Source of the DNA: Ostreococcus lucimarinus
Lineage: Eukaryota
Strand: one strand, 5' to 3'
Length of the DNA stretch: 64,000 nt
Assembly (NCBI GenBank): GCA_000092065.1
Contig: CP000597.1
A model generated the notes under the pieces. The model did no database searches. It was not told where the DNA came from and worked only from the letters and a program-made list of their open reading frames with translations. This document shows, one piece after another, positions 45,901-53,633 of this stretch. Made by a program: the position numbers and the translations under genes. Every line of letters begins with the position of its first letter. Positions within the stretch are counted from its first letter, which is position 1.

Positions 45901-47045
45901 TGGACGTCACTGGAACAGGACACTTCACGGGCGCGACGACGATCGATGACCAACTCACCGTTGGCGGTAACGTATTGATCCAAAGTACAACCAATAAGAT
46001 TTCGTTTGGCAGCACAGCGCGTCAGTTTATTGAAACGAATAACGGTGGAATCGGAACGCAGTCAAAGACGCTGTATTTTCGTTCACAGGATTTTTTCGGC
46101 TTTTACAAAAATGGCGGTCACAACAGCGCCGATCTGAACCCAGGCGGAAGCGGGACTCTCCTTGTCGCCATTCGCGGTGACATCTCTGGTGCTCGAATGG
46201 CGATTGGATCTTCAGACACAGATAGTGGCTACGCTTTTAAGGTCACCGGGTCGGCGCAAGCGACCGCTGCGCTCGACGTAGGCACGACGCTTAATGTGGC
46301 GTCGTACGCGACAATTCGCGGCGACTTGCGCCTCAATACCGGTACTCAGCAAATAAATTTTGGTACCCAGCACCGTCAGGTTGCTGCGCTCGCGACTGGC
46401 GGCATCGGAACGCAGTCGAACACTGTATACTTTCGTTCACAGGACTTGTTTGGCTTTTATAAAGGTGGCGGCCATAGCTCTACCGCTCTTGATCCAGGCG
46501 GAAGCGGGACTCTCCTTGTCACCATTCGCGGTGACGTCTCTGGTCCTCGATTAGGAGTCGGAGTCACGAATCCCTCCTACGCTCTCGAAGTCAATGGAGC
46601 GGCGCACGTGTCTGGCGCACTGAGCAAGGGAAGTGGCTCTTTCAAGATCGATCATCCACTTCCTGAAATGAAAGACACGCATAATTTGTATCACTCCTTC
46701 ATCGAGGGACCACGGGCGGATCTCATCTACAGAGGCAAGGTTCGTTTGCAGAACGGTAGGGCGATGATAGACATCGATGCCGCATCAAACATGACGACAG
46801 GGACATTTGAAGCACTCAATCGCGACGTGCAGTCGTTCACGTCAAATGAAAGCGACTGGGACCCCGTCCGAGGTTCTGTCGTGGGCAACGTCCTCACCAT
46901 TGAGTGTCAAAACCCCACTTCGACGGCACTCATCAGCTGGCTTGTCATCGGTGAGCGTCACGATCAGCACATGTACGACACAGATTGGACCGATGAAAAC
47001 GGTCGTGTCGTTCCGGAACAATTGAAAAAGAGTGCGACGACGTGA
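36951..47045 (+). CDS. Giant (3,364 aa) repeat protein: PPC-like domain, nested tandem repeats, tail-fibre-like C-terminal region
   Basis: ATG at 36951. Arg/Asp leader followed by an Ala-rich hydrophobic anchor (about 37240-37300). PPC-like segment YKYYKVNV...LELTTSNGDANLYVSRS...GYYYVSVYG at about 37371-37630. Repeat array at 38730-45040. Four divergent repeats containing GNVGIG...P.Y.LDV.GDINFSGNLYQGG at 45040-46560. C-terminal FKIDHPLPEMKDTHNLYHSFIEGPRADLIYRGK. Confidence 0.85.
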   Translation: MRLDDGDDARRRDARAVRARATRTPTRAATTRGDVVDAAAADDDIDDDAVARPDATRRRRRDDDATTTTRDDETTRAREGASGRRRARERGRATRRRRRLGTAAAAAATAALAATVERVGVDASTALTKGVARNGFVSSSGYKYYKVNVACVEAAQPLTLELTTSNGDANLYVSRSAQPTTSSYEQRSVNVGNALDSVTITSPVNGYYYVSVYGALSSTYKLRALTTMFTGKHPCTGFRITDSDVSSVGSGSGNQFILQEALTASAAAGFTADVSVDGDVILGDAYTDSVTAKGELKLGVTDSTYYAITRQSPSAPSSNPGGALSIVGANATYQGGSVKILGGTGGSGAGGDVVIEAGSASGGNGGDLKLRGGTSNSGTGGDVVIDAGDSTTQASSYEGIIHIGPTSASFVRVGESSNKQVQTDIFGDLTVHGNLLTTNDVVYANSYTSYVQVSTSQDGMFHQEVRAPKITGLDAEDITGTPTSTLTLDAGMRGSQQHVVIAPSEATAVYIGSSTSTIPVSIRQGANAGDVRVHADGSGALSVTSAAGQDLTLASGDDVVVTTAASKTLALKQDSTSILSWDAAGAVTVNSVSGQDLTLSTGGSAAVTVDSTGQVGIGTTTPGKTLDVTGTARVSGATTLSSTLDVTGATTLASVGVTGAATVGGTLGVTGATTLASVGVTGAATVGGTLGVTGATTLASVGVTGAATVGTTLGVTGATTLTGDVTMSNDLTVSGALTVTSDAAVSLTSASGSDVSLTSAGTGGIVLTSTDDITLDAADDVTIDAAGALSLEQGGTSILSWTDTGAVTLNSLGGQTLSVSSLSSAGNAGAVSVSGGTTTGTSSNTGGDLTLQSGGAPAGSVNGDVLVDSATGLGTAGSITLRQGVGGERVSVDANGAVSLDTHSGQDLTLSTGGSAAVTVDSTGQVGIGTTTPGKTLDVTGTARVSGATTLSSTLGVTGATTLASVGVTGAATVGGTLGVTGATTLASVGVTGAATVGTTLGVTGATTLTGDVTMSNDLTVSGALTVTSDAAVSLTSASGSDVSLTSAGTGGIVLTSTDDITLDAADDVTIDAAGALSLEQGGTSILSWTDTGAVTLNSLGGQTLSVSSLSSAGNAGAVSVSGGTTTGTSSNTGGDLTLQSGGAPAGSVNGDVLVDSATGLGTAGSITLRQGVGGERVSVDANGAVSLDTHSGQDLTLSTGGSAAVTVDSTGQVGIGTTTPGKTLDVTGTARVSGATTLSSTLGVTGATTLASVGVTGAATVGGTLGVTGATTLGGTLGVTGATTLASVGVTGAATVGTTLGVTGATTLGGTLGVTGATTLASVGVTGAATVGTTLGVTGATTLASVGVTGAATVGGTLGVTGATTLTGDVTMSNDLTVSGALTVTSDAAVSLTSASGSDVSLTSAGTGGIVLTSTDDITLDAADDVTIDAAGALSLEQGGTSILSWTDTGAVTLNSLGGQTLSVSSLSSAGNAGAVSVSGGTTTGTSSNTGGDLTLQSGGAPAGSVNGDVLVDSATGLGTAGSITLRQGVGGERVSVDANGAVSLDTHSGQDLTLSTGGSAAVTVDSTGQVGIGTTTPGKTLDVTGTARVSGATTLSSTLGVTGATTLASVGVTGAATVGGTLGVTGATTLGGTLGVTGATTLASVGVTGAATVGGTLGVTGATTLGTTLGVTGATTLASVGVTGAATVGTTLGVTGATTLTGDVTMSNDLTVSGALTVTSDAAVSLTSASGSDVSLTSAGTGGIVLTSTDDITLDAADDVTIDAAGALSLEQGGTSILSWTDTGAVTLNSLGGQTLSVSSLSSAGNAGAVSVSGGTTTGTSSNTGGDLTLQSGGAPAGSVNGDVLVDSATGLGTAGSITLRQGVGGERVSVDANGAVSLDTHSGQDLTLSTGGSAAVTVDSTGQVGIGTTTPGKTLDVTGTARVSGATTLSSTLGVTGATTLGGTLGVTGATTLASVGVTGAATVGTTLGVTGATTLASVGVTGAATVGTTLGVTGATTLTGDVTMSNDLTVSGALTVTSDAAVSLTSASGSDVSLTSAGTGGIVLTSTDDITLDAADDVTIDAAGALSLEQGGTSILSWTDTGAVTLNSLGGQTLSVSSLSSAGNAGAVSVSGGTTTGTSSNTGGDLTLQSGGAPAGSVNGDVLVDSATGLGTAGSITLRQGVGGERVSVDANGAVSLDTHSGQDLTLSTGGSAAVTVDSTGQVGIGTTTPGKTLDVTGTARVSGATTLSSTLGVTGATTLASVGVTGAATVGGTLGVTGATTLASVGVTGAATVGTTLGVTGATTLASVGVTGAATVGTTLGVTGATTLGGTLGVTGATTLASVGVTGAATVGTTLGVTGATTLASVGVTGAATVGGTLGVTGATTLTGDVTMSNDLTVSGALTVTSDAAVSLTSASGSDVSLTSAGTGGIVLTSTDDITLDAADDVTIDAAGALSLEQGGTSILSWTDTGAVTLNSLGGQTLSVSSLSSAGNAGAVSVSGGTTTGTSSNTGGDLTLQSGGAPAGSVNGDVLVDSATGLGTAGSITLRQGVGGERVSVDANGAVSLDTHSGQDLTLSTGGSAAVTVDSTGQVGIGTTTPGKTLDVTGTARVSGATTLSSTLDVTGVTTLASVGVTGAATVGTTLGVTGATTLASVGVTGAATVGGTLGVTGATTLGTTLGVTGATTLASVGVTGAATVGTTLGVTGATTLTGDVSVGTSSALSFGSATRQMINLYGTNNAIGVQSSTMYFRSAYNFAFFEGGVYTNTELDPGSGGTLRMMIQKTTGNVGIGTASPDYELDVVGDINFSGNLYQGGSLFASPWTESSGNVYRSSGNVGIGLTNPTYNLHVAGTGRVSTTLSVGQDLTIDTAGDLNFAATHRQMINLRVGAEGFGIGTQMDTTYFRSPGHFAFYEDGTHSTTDLDANGGTARLVIRSGGKVGIGRTNPSYDLDVVGDINFSGNLYQGGSLFPSPSPWTESGSNVYRSSGNVGIGLTNPSYKLDVTGTGHFTGATTIDDQLTVGGNVLIQSTTNKISFGSTARQFIETNNGGIGTQSKTLYFRSQDFFGFYKNGGHNSADLNPGGSGTLLVAIRGDISGARMAIGSSDTDSGYAFKVTGSAQATAALDVGTTLNVASYATIRGDLRLNTGTQQINFGTQHRQVAALATGGIGTQSNTVYFRSQDLFGFYKGGGHSSTALDPGGSGTLLVTIRGDVSGPRLGVGVTNPSYALEVNGAAHVSGALSKGSGSFKIDHPLPEMKDTHNLYHSFIEGPRADLIYRGKVRLQNGRAMIDIDAASNMTTGTFEALNRDVQSFTSNESDWDPVRGSVVGNVLTIECQNPTSTALISWLVIGERHDQHMYDTDWTDENGRVVPEQLKKSATT
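38730..45040 (+). repeat. Near-identical nested tandem array inside the giant CDS (6 full units plus 1 partial)
   Basis: The QDLTLSTGGSAAVTVDSTGQVGIGTTTPGKTLDVTG landmark recurs at 38730, 39663, 40527, 41601, 42606, 43506 and 44613. Unit lengths are 933, 864, 1074, 1005, 900 and 1107 bp. All length differences are sums of 69-bp (ASVGVTGAATVGGTLGVTGATTL) and 36-bp (GGTLGVTGATTL) sub-repeats. Units are almost identical at nucleotide level by eye. Confidence 0.9.
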
Positions 47046-47163
47046 ACGCGCGTCAGTGTAACACTGACAAACGAGTCGCCGAAACACGCACCTTGAAAAC
47101 GCACGCACGATCAACGGCAAAACGTTACGGCTGTGTGGCGCATTGAGTCTTAATATTGTAAAT

Positions 47164-50100
47164 CTATAGTCTAAAAGATAGCTTTGCGAACTCTCCGTCG
47201 GACACCGCGTCGCTCGTCTGCCCCCCCGTCGCGCCGTCATCGCTCGTTTCGCTTCCGAGCAACGAAGACGCCTTTCGCCGGCGCTCAGGCGAATCGTCCG
47301 CGTCCCGAAAATCGTAGAGATAATCGCTATGCCTTGCATAATGCACCCGCGTCGCTTCTTCTCCTGAGGCATTAAATCTATACGACTCGGGAGAAAATGA
47401 TGACTGAGCGAATCTGTCCTCATCTGACGCGCTCTCTTCGGCGTCGTACGATTCACCCATGGAATACGCCAGTTCGCTCGGTTCACGTTCACTCAGTCCA
47501 TCATTCGGTGTATTCAGCCCTGGTTGGCGTCCACTAGATGGGTCTTTCATCTCAAACGCGTAATGATCGTCATCCGAGTCAGCATCCGTGGAAGATGCGT
47601 AAGCACGCCGCGACTCAAACCTGTTCTCACCAAAAAATGCGGCGCCGCGTAGAGGTTCCGGTGGTTCCAGTTCTAGTTCGGGTTCCGGTTCCGGTCGCAC
47701 TTCCCGTTCTGCTGTCACATCCGTCTCTGGTGCGAGATCTAAGATGGACTGGTTCCGTCCGGGCACGACGTTACCCTGCTCTCCATTCGTCTCGAATGCG
47801 GCGAGCGTCGCGACGTGATCGCGAGCGACACTCCCGCCTCGGTGACCCTTTACGACGGCACGTTCTTCCTGAGCGCTGTGGGTGAATCTCTCAATCACGC
47901 TACGCGCTTTGGTTGATGCGTCAAATAACGCGCCACCAGGTTCGCGCGACCGCACGACTTTCTTTTTAATTCTGATTGCGAGTCGTCGAAGCTGAATCGT
48001 GTGCTTGATAATTTCCACCACCTCCTCGGTGTCGTACAGTCCCTCGTCGTCCGCTGATACTGAGAATCTTTCGAGAATGATCGCCACAAATAAATTTCCG
48101 AGCAAAAATATAGAGATGATGACAAATGATATAAAGTATGGGACCGCAGCAGCGTTATACGAGCAGTCGATGCTGGATTCCAACATGAACGGTGCTTCTG
48201 TGCGTAAGCACGCCTCTGTTTGGTACACCTCGCCGAACGTGCCAACCCAGCCACCCGTGTACACCCCGATGAGAGATGAGCAAGCTGTGGTGAATCGTTG
48301 AAAGTTCGAGTACTTCGATAGCACGCCGCCTTCGAAAGGGCCGGTTTCATCGCCGAAAAGTGAAACACCCATGATGGCGTACGAAAAGATCGCGAGGGAC
48401 GATAGCGCGGCGACGTTTCCGACACCCGGAAGACTCATTATGAACGTGTTGAAGAGCGACCGCAGCCCAGAATGTGCCTTTACCAGTTTCAGTAATCTCA
48501 ACAATCTCACCAATTGTAGGTAATTCATGACACCGCCTGCGTTTAGACTTTGTCCGATCGCCTGTACGATGGAAACTACGACGACGAAGGCGTCCAGCCA
48601 ATTCCAATAATTCCTAAAGTAACGCGTCCGACCTTGCGCCATGAGCAAAAGCATCATTTCCAAAGAGTACACCGCAGTGAACGCGATAGACATGCAGAAG
48701 TGAGCATATTCTGCTGAACTGCTCATATTCGCCGTTTGTGTCAAGAGCTCGATTAAATTTGCGCACACTACCACGAGGATGAAGTACGCAAACTTTTTCG
48801 GCTTTGAGATATGATGCGCAAGTAGACGAGCTCGCGACCAAAGGCTTTTGCCTGGCGGCGGTACGATTCTGCGCCATGCCTCTGAATCTTGCGTGCTTGC
48901 ACGTAGTATAGCCTGCTGCCAGCGCCGCTGCGCTGGGGTGACAAACGTAAGCTTGTCTTGCGAAGCCATCTTGTTAAAGTTGTCCACGAGCGCCGTGACT
49001 AATAAATTCAACCAAAAGAAATTCCCGATGGCGACCGTCAATACAAAATAAAGAGCGGCGGCTTGGTTGTTATCTGTTTTCAAGCCGGTCCCGACGCCTG
49101 TGGTATCCATGGCGACCCACATGATTTCTTGCCAGTCATCGCCGGCGTGCAGTAGAAACGTCGATAAAAGTGCAGCGCCAAAGTTATCAAAGTTGAACTT
49201 TGCATTTCGCCACTTTCCTCCCGCTGCCTCGCACGTTGCTTGTGTAGTGTAGCTACTCGCATCATTCACCACTCGACACGACCAAAACTTACCCATAAAG
49301 AGCTCCATACCAAGAAGTGCGAAAATTGACATGGAAACTAAACCGATGAAGCACACGTAACTTACGGCTGGGATCGCGGAAAGTACAGTGTTAACGACAA
49401 GGCGGAGACCAGGGAAACGACGAATGGATCGAAGCGGGCGCATGATTCGCAAAAGTCGAAGTGCTCGCACGCTTCCGCTGCCATCGTCTGCCGCGGTGAG
49501 CGAAATGATTGATGTAAAGACGACGACGCCATCGAGAATGTTGAAGGAATTCTTCAGATACGCAGTCGGTCGCTCGTACAACCCGTAGGCGAATAACTTT
49601 AATACCATCTCTGCGCCAAATAAAGTCGTAAAAGTAATATCAACCGCGGTGTACACTTTTGCAGTATGAGATCCCGCCACTGGCCAAGTCTTTGTTTCTG
49701 TCGCGAGTAACACGCTACCAGCGATGATCATGCATAGAATGGCGTTCTCAAAGAGGTTGTGTGAAACAATTTTGTGCACCAAGTATTTGTATCTCTCGAC
49801 GGGAATCGTATCGTCGTACAGCGGTATAAAGTCGCCATCTTTTGTGACGATCACGCCCGGTATCTCTGACGACTGTTTCTTCACGCGTGAGGAGATGGAT
49901 CTCGTGATTGTCGCCGCCCAAGGACCGTGCGCGTCAAAGACGACATGCTCGTCTTCCTTACTCTTATCCTCGATGCTTAAACGATTGTTTTGCGCCGCAA
50001 ATCTTTTCGTCATACTGTGCCTAATAGAACTTTTGATAGAGCTAGTCACCCCGAACGCTTTGTCTTGATAGTCTTGATACTCCACAAACTTTGGCGTCAG

Positions 50101-52740
50101 GCGAAGTTGAGCCTCCTTAAGAGCGTGCTCGCTTATGGTCAGTACTTGCGCCGGTGTCTTCAACTTGAATCCGATCGAATCTAGAAATATCCTGCACGCA
50201 GCAACATCTTCGACTGTTTGCTTTCTCAAGCGGTCCTTCTTGACCTGCGCGAGCTTGCCACCGTGATCCGGAGGCTTTAATGCTGCGAGTACGGATGAAA
50301 TCGCCGTAGGCGTACTGCCATCGGCCGTCTTTAAACTCTTTTTCGCTTGCGATTGTATTGCTTGTTCGGCACATTCTTGTTTCCTGGCCGCATCCAAAAG
50401 ATTAAACTTGAAGCTCGTATCACCTCTGTCTTTTATCGAGTCGCCGCGCTTGCTGCGCGCATGTTTTCGCAACGTACTCCTGAATGCGTTCGCCGCGAAT
50501 GTCATGTTTTGCAGTACCCGTTTCGCTTTCCGATTCGGATCTAGCACGATATCACCCGCACGTTCGATGGCAGACCTCAGTCTGCCATCTTCAAGCTCGT
50601 CTTGCGCGCGTTGCTCTTCCTCGATGTCGACGAGCGAACACGAGTCGATTAAAATCCCGAGCACGAGCGACAAGATGACGGTGGATAAAAAAATCCACGC
50701 GATGGTGTACAGAACGACGACGTCGTTACCGGACGCTACCATAGTATTCCACGCGACAACAAACGAGTCCTCTCCCGTGGCGACAACAAACAGCGTCAAC
50801 GCGCTGCGCAAAAAGTTCCTAAACGTCAAGCGCTCGTCGTCGAGCGCTCCTAACCCGGTGAAGAGTTGAAATCCGTAAATGGCAAATATGACTTGAAATA
50901 ATAGCCAAACGATCAAAAACGGCCACATGTCTTGGAAACCGAGATACGCGCTTGAAATGATCTTCCTAAATTCTCTGTTGTTTCTGATGACGCGAAACGT
51001 TCGCAGCGCCCTTCCTATTCGCAAGAGACGAATGAATGACGCGCTCACGCCTTGACTCGTCACCGCCGTACTGATGACACCGGTAAACACGATCAACCCA
51101 TCGACAACGTTTTGCTTTGAGCTCCAGTATCCTCTAAAGCCGTATCCGATGTGTTTAATCGCCATTTCTACAGCAAAACATCCGAGGAAAACATATTCTA
51201 AAATTTCAGAAGCCTTGACGAATCCCGACGACGCCGCGTGATGCTGCGACATCATCAAAATTGTATTAAATATAATAACCACCGTGATGCTGGCATCAAA
51301 ACGTCGGTCTTCAGCGATTTTCCAGCACATTTGACGCGTTGCATCAGACACAAAGAGACGAAAAAAACGCTCACCATTCTTGTGAAAGTTGTTTCCGCGT
51401 CCATCGCTTTCGCCGCGACTGAGCGCCGTCTCGTCGTCCAAGCTTTCTAGTACTTTCTCTGTCTTCGCCTGGCTCGAGTCTTCGGGCGCTTCGTCTTCGT
51501 CGCGAATACCCATTTGCGTCAACGTCGCGCAAATGACGGATGTAAAGAGTTCCATCATAAAAAACCCACCCATCAGAACGACGACGATGAACCAAAGAAA
51601 CGCCGCGGGATAGCCAACCGCGTACGCCGTGGGATTGAGCAACTCATTCCAACCGTCGATGGTCATTCCATTTAACGCGACAATTGAACTTCTCCCAGCG
51701 TTCGCAAAGCTCAGAAATCCGTCATACGGCTCGATGCCCGAATCACAGCACCACTCCGTCGCGCTTCTGTTTGTGTTCCATTCCTTGTAGTTGCACGTGC
51801 TGTCGTACTCATTTGGGTACGTTCCTTCGGCGCCCAACGCGAGAGCGCCCATCCACGCGCCGACCAAGTTCGCACACGTCTCACTCCCCGTCCCCACGGG
51901 AAACACGTAGCTCGCGTTCGTCGCTTGATCCGGCGGCGTCCCGTACCACCGTCCCGTCATCCGACCGCCGAACATCGTCACGCCGCTCACCGCGAAGAAT
52001 ATTAAAAACCACAGCAAAAACAACAGCACGTCCCCCAACAACGGCAGCGCTCGAGCGATCGTTTTCATCGCCAACCTCGCGCTGCGGTACTTCGCGAACA
52101 ACTTGAACGCGTACAACGACCGCAACAGTCGCACCGTCACCACCTGCGAGCCTCCGATCGGCATCAACATCAACGACAGCACGACGAGCGTGAAATCGAA
52201 CCGATGCCAATTCGTCGTCAAGTACGCCCCCTCGCCCAGCGCGAATCCCAGCGCCACGCTCTTCACCAGCGCCTCCGCCGCGAACACCCCCGCGACGACG
52301 TAATTCGCCGCCGTCGCCGCCGTCGCCTCCGCCGCGCCATCCCTCGCCGGTTTCACCACCGCGACGATCGCGCTCGAGCCCACGACGCACATCGCGACGA
52401 CGGCGTGAAACGCGCGCGCCTCGATCGCGCGCGCGCAGAACCGTCGCGTCGCGCCGTCGCGCCGGAACATCAACAGCGACGCGTCGTTCGCGCGCCATCG
52501 CTCGAGCGTCCTCGCGACGCGTCGCGTCACCGCGCCTCCCGCGTCGTCGTCGCCGTCGCGCGCGTCGTCGTCGTCGTCGTCGCGCGCGCGCGCGCCGTCG
52601 CGCGCGTCGCGCGCGTCGCCGTCGTCGTCGTCGTCGTCGCTCGTCGAGCTCGCGCGCGCGCTGTCGTCCACCTTCCGCGCGCGCGCCTCGCGCGCGTCGC
52701 GCGCGCGCGACACGAACGCGTCCGTGAACTGAAAGTTCAT
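47164..52740 (-). CDS. Four-domain voltage-gated cation channel (Cav/Nav superfamily)
   Basis: ATG at 52740. Four 6-TM repeats with Arg/Lys-every-third S4 helices: VRLLRSLYAFKLFAKYR, IRLLRIGRALRTFRVIR, VRALRLLRIMRPLRSIRR, LQLVRLLRLLKLVKAHSGLR. Pore loops: MTIDGWNEL, ATGEDSF, HAGDDWQEI, YTGGWVG. Confidence 0.9.
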   Translation of the reverse strand: MNFQFTDAFVSRARDAREARARKVDDSARASSTSDDDDDDGDARDARDGARARDDDDDDARDGDDDAGGAVTRRVARTLERWRANDASLLMFRRDGATRRFCARAIEARAFHAVVAMCVVGSSAIVAVVKPARDGAAEATAATAANYVVAGVFAAEALVKSVALGFALGEGAYLTTNWHRFDFTLVVLSLMLMPIGGSQVVTVRLLRSLYAFKLFAKYRSARLAMKTIARALPLLGDVLLFLLWFLIFFAVSGVTMFGGRMTGRWYGTPPDQATNASYVFPVGTGSETCANLVGAWMGALALGAEGTYPNEYDSTCNYKEWNTNRSATEWCCDSGIEPYDGFLSFANAGRSSIVALNGMTIDGWNELLNPTAYAVGYPAAFLWFIVVVLMGGFFMMELFTSVICATLTQMGIRDEDEAPEDSSQAKTEKVLESLDDETALSRGESDGRGNNFHKNGERFFRLFVSDATRQMCWKIAEDRRFDASITVVIIFNTILMMSQHHAASSGFVKASEILEYVFLGCFAVEMAIKHIGYGFRGYWSSKQNVVDGLIVFTGVISTAVTSQGVSASFIRLLRIGRALRTFRVIRNNREFRKIISSAYLGFQDMWPFLIVWLLFQVIFAIYGFQLFTGLGALDDERLTFRNFLRSALTLFVVATGEDSFVVAWNTMVASGNDVVVLYTIAWIFLSTVILSLVLGILIDSCSLVDIEEEQRAQDELEDGRLRSAIERAGDIVLDPNRKAKRVLQNMTFAANAFRSTLRKHARSKRGDSIKDRGDTSFKFNLLDAARKQECAEQAIQSQAKKSLKTADGSTPTAISSVLAALKPPDHGGKLAQVKKDRLRKQTVEDVAACRIFLDSIGFKLKTPAQVLTISEHALKEAQLRLTPKFVEYQDYQDKAFGVTSSIKSSIRHSMTKRFAAQNNRLSIEDKSKEDEHVVFDAHGPWAATITRSISSRVKKQSSEIPGVIVTKDGDFIPLYDDTIPVERYKYLVHKIVSHNLFENAILCMIIAGSVLLATETKTWPVAGSHTAKVYTAVDITFTTLFGAEMVLKLFAYGLYERPTAYLKNSFNILDGVVVFTSIISLTAADDGSGSVRALRLLRIMRPLRSIRRFPGLRLVVNTVLSAIPAVSYVCFIGLVSMSIFALLGMELFMGKFWSCRVVNDASSYTTQATCEAAGGKWRNAKFNFDNFGAALLSTFLLHAGDDWQEIMWVAMDTTGVGTGLKTDNNQAAALYFVLTVAIGNFFWLNLLVTALVDNFNKMASQDKLTFVTPAQRRWQQAILRASTQDSEAWRRIVPPPGKSLWSRARLLAHHISKPKKFAYFILVVVCANLIELLTQTANMSSSAEYAHFCMSIAFTAVYSLEMMLLLMAQGRTRYFRNYWNWLDAFVVVVSIVQAIGQSLNAGGVMNYLQLVRLLRLLKLVKAHSGLRSLFNTFIMSLPGVGNVAALSSLAIFSYAIMGVSLFGDETGPFEGGVLSKYSNFQRFTTACSSLIGVYTGGWVGTFGEVYQTEACLRTEAPFMLESSIDCSYNAAAVPYFISFVIISIFLLGNLFVAIILERFSVSADDEGLYDTEEVVEIIKHTIQLRRLAIRIKKKVVRSREPGGALFDASTKARSVIERFTHSAQEERAVVKGHRGGSVARDHVATLAAFETNGEQGNVVPGRNQSILDLAPETDVTAEREVRPEPEPELELEPPEPLRGAAFFGENRFESRRAYASSTDADSDDDHYAFEMKDPSSGRQPGLNTPNDGLSEREPSELAYSMGESYDAEESASDEDRFAQSSFSPESYRFNASGEEATRVHYARHSDYLYDFRDADDSPERRRKASSLLGSETSDDGATGGQTSDAVSDGEFAKLSFRL

Positions 52741-52976
52741 CGAATCCCGGCGCGTCGCGCGCCGCGCGTCGCGCGCGCGCGCCGCTGTGCCGACGAATCG
52801 AATCGAAACCGCATTCGCATTCGCGAATCGCGCGCGTCAGAGCGCCGCGCGACACGCCGCTCGACGCGACGCGCCGCGTCGCGACGCGCGACGCCGCGCT
52901 CGACGCGCGCGCGCGCGCGCGACGCGCTGAAAACGACGCGACGCGCTGAAAACGGCGCGTTCGATCGCGCGCGGGC

Positions 52977-53468
52977 ATGTCGCGGAAACACCTCACGGAC
53001 GAGGAGCTCGCGAGCGCGTGGCCGTACCTCACGCGCGCGCAGGTGCAGGAGTTCAAGGAGGCGTTCGATATATTCGACGTCGACGGCGGCGGGACGATCA
53101 CGGCGGAGGAGCTCGGGGAGGTGATGAAGTCGCTCGGGCAGAAACCGACGAGGGCGCAGCTGGAGGCGATGGTGCGGGAGATCGACGCGGACGGGGACGG
53201 GGCGATCGATTTTCCAGAGTTTTTGACGATGATGCTGCGGAAGATGAACGAGGGTGATCCGGAGAGGGAGCTCAGGGACGTGTTCACGGTGTTCGATAAG
53301 GATCAGAGCGGGACGATTAGCGCGGATGAGCTGAAGAGCGTGATGAAGGTCATCGGGGAGAAACTGACGGAGCAAGAGATCGAGGACGCGATTCGGTTGG
53401 CGGATACCACGGGAGACGGAGAGGTTGATTACGATGAGTTCATCGCGTTCGTGCTGTCGTCGAATTAA
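52977..53468 (+). CDS. Calmodulin-like protein with four EF-hands and a 20-aa N-terminal extension
   Basis: ATG at 52977. EF loops [48 protein letters not shown]. Colinear with calmodulin (EFKEAF.IFD...TI...ELG.VM.SLGQ.PT.A.L..M..E.DADG.G.IDFPEFL.MM). Confidence 0.9.
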   Translation: MSRKHLTDEELASAWPYLTRAQVQEFKEAFDIFDVDGGGTITAEELGEVMKSLGQKPTRAQLEAMVREIDADGDGAIDFPEFLTMMLRKMNEGDPERELRDVFTVFDKDQSGTISADELKSVMKVIGEKLTEQEIEDAIRLADTTGDGEVDYDEFIAFVLSSN

Positions 53469-53633
53469 GATGAAGCGGCGGTGGCGAGCGCGGGGAAAGC
53501 GTTGAGCTAACGACGAACGCGGAGACGCGTTCGTCGGTGTAATGGTATTCTATTGTCTTGAGCTACTCGCGCGCGCGCCCGCGCGCGCTTCTAAATCGCT
53601 AACGACGCGTTCGCGCCTCGCTTCGTCGTCGCG

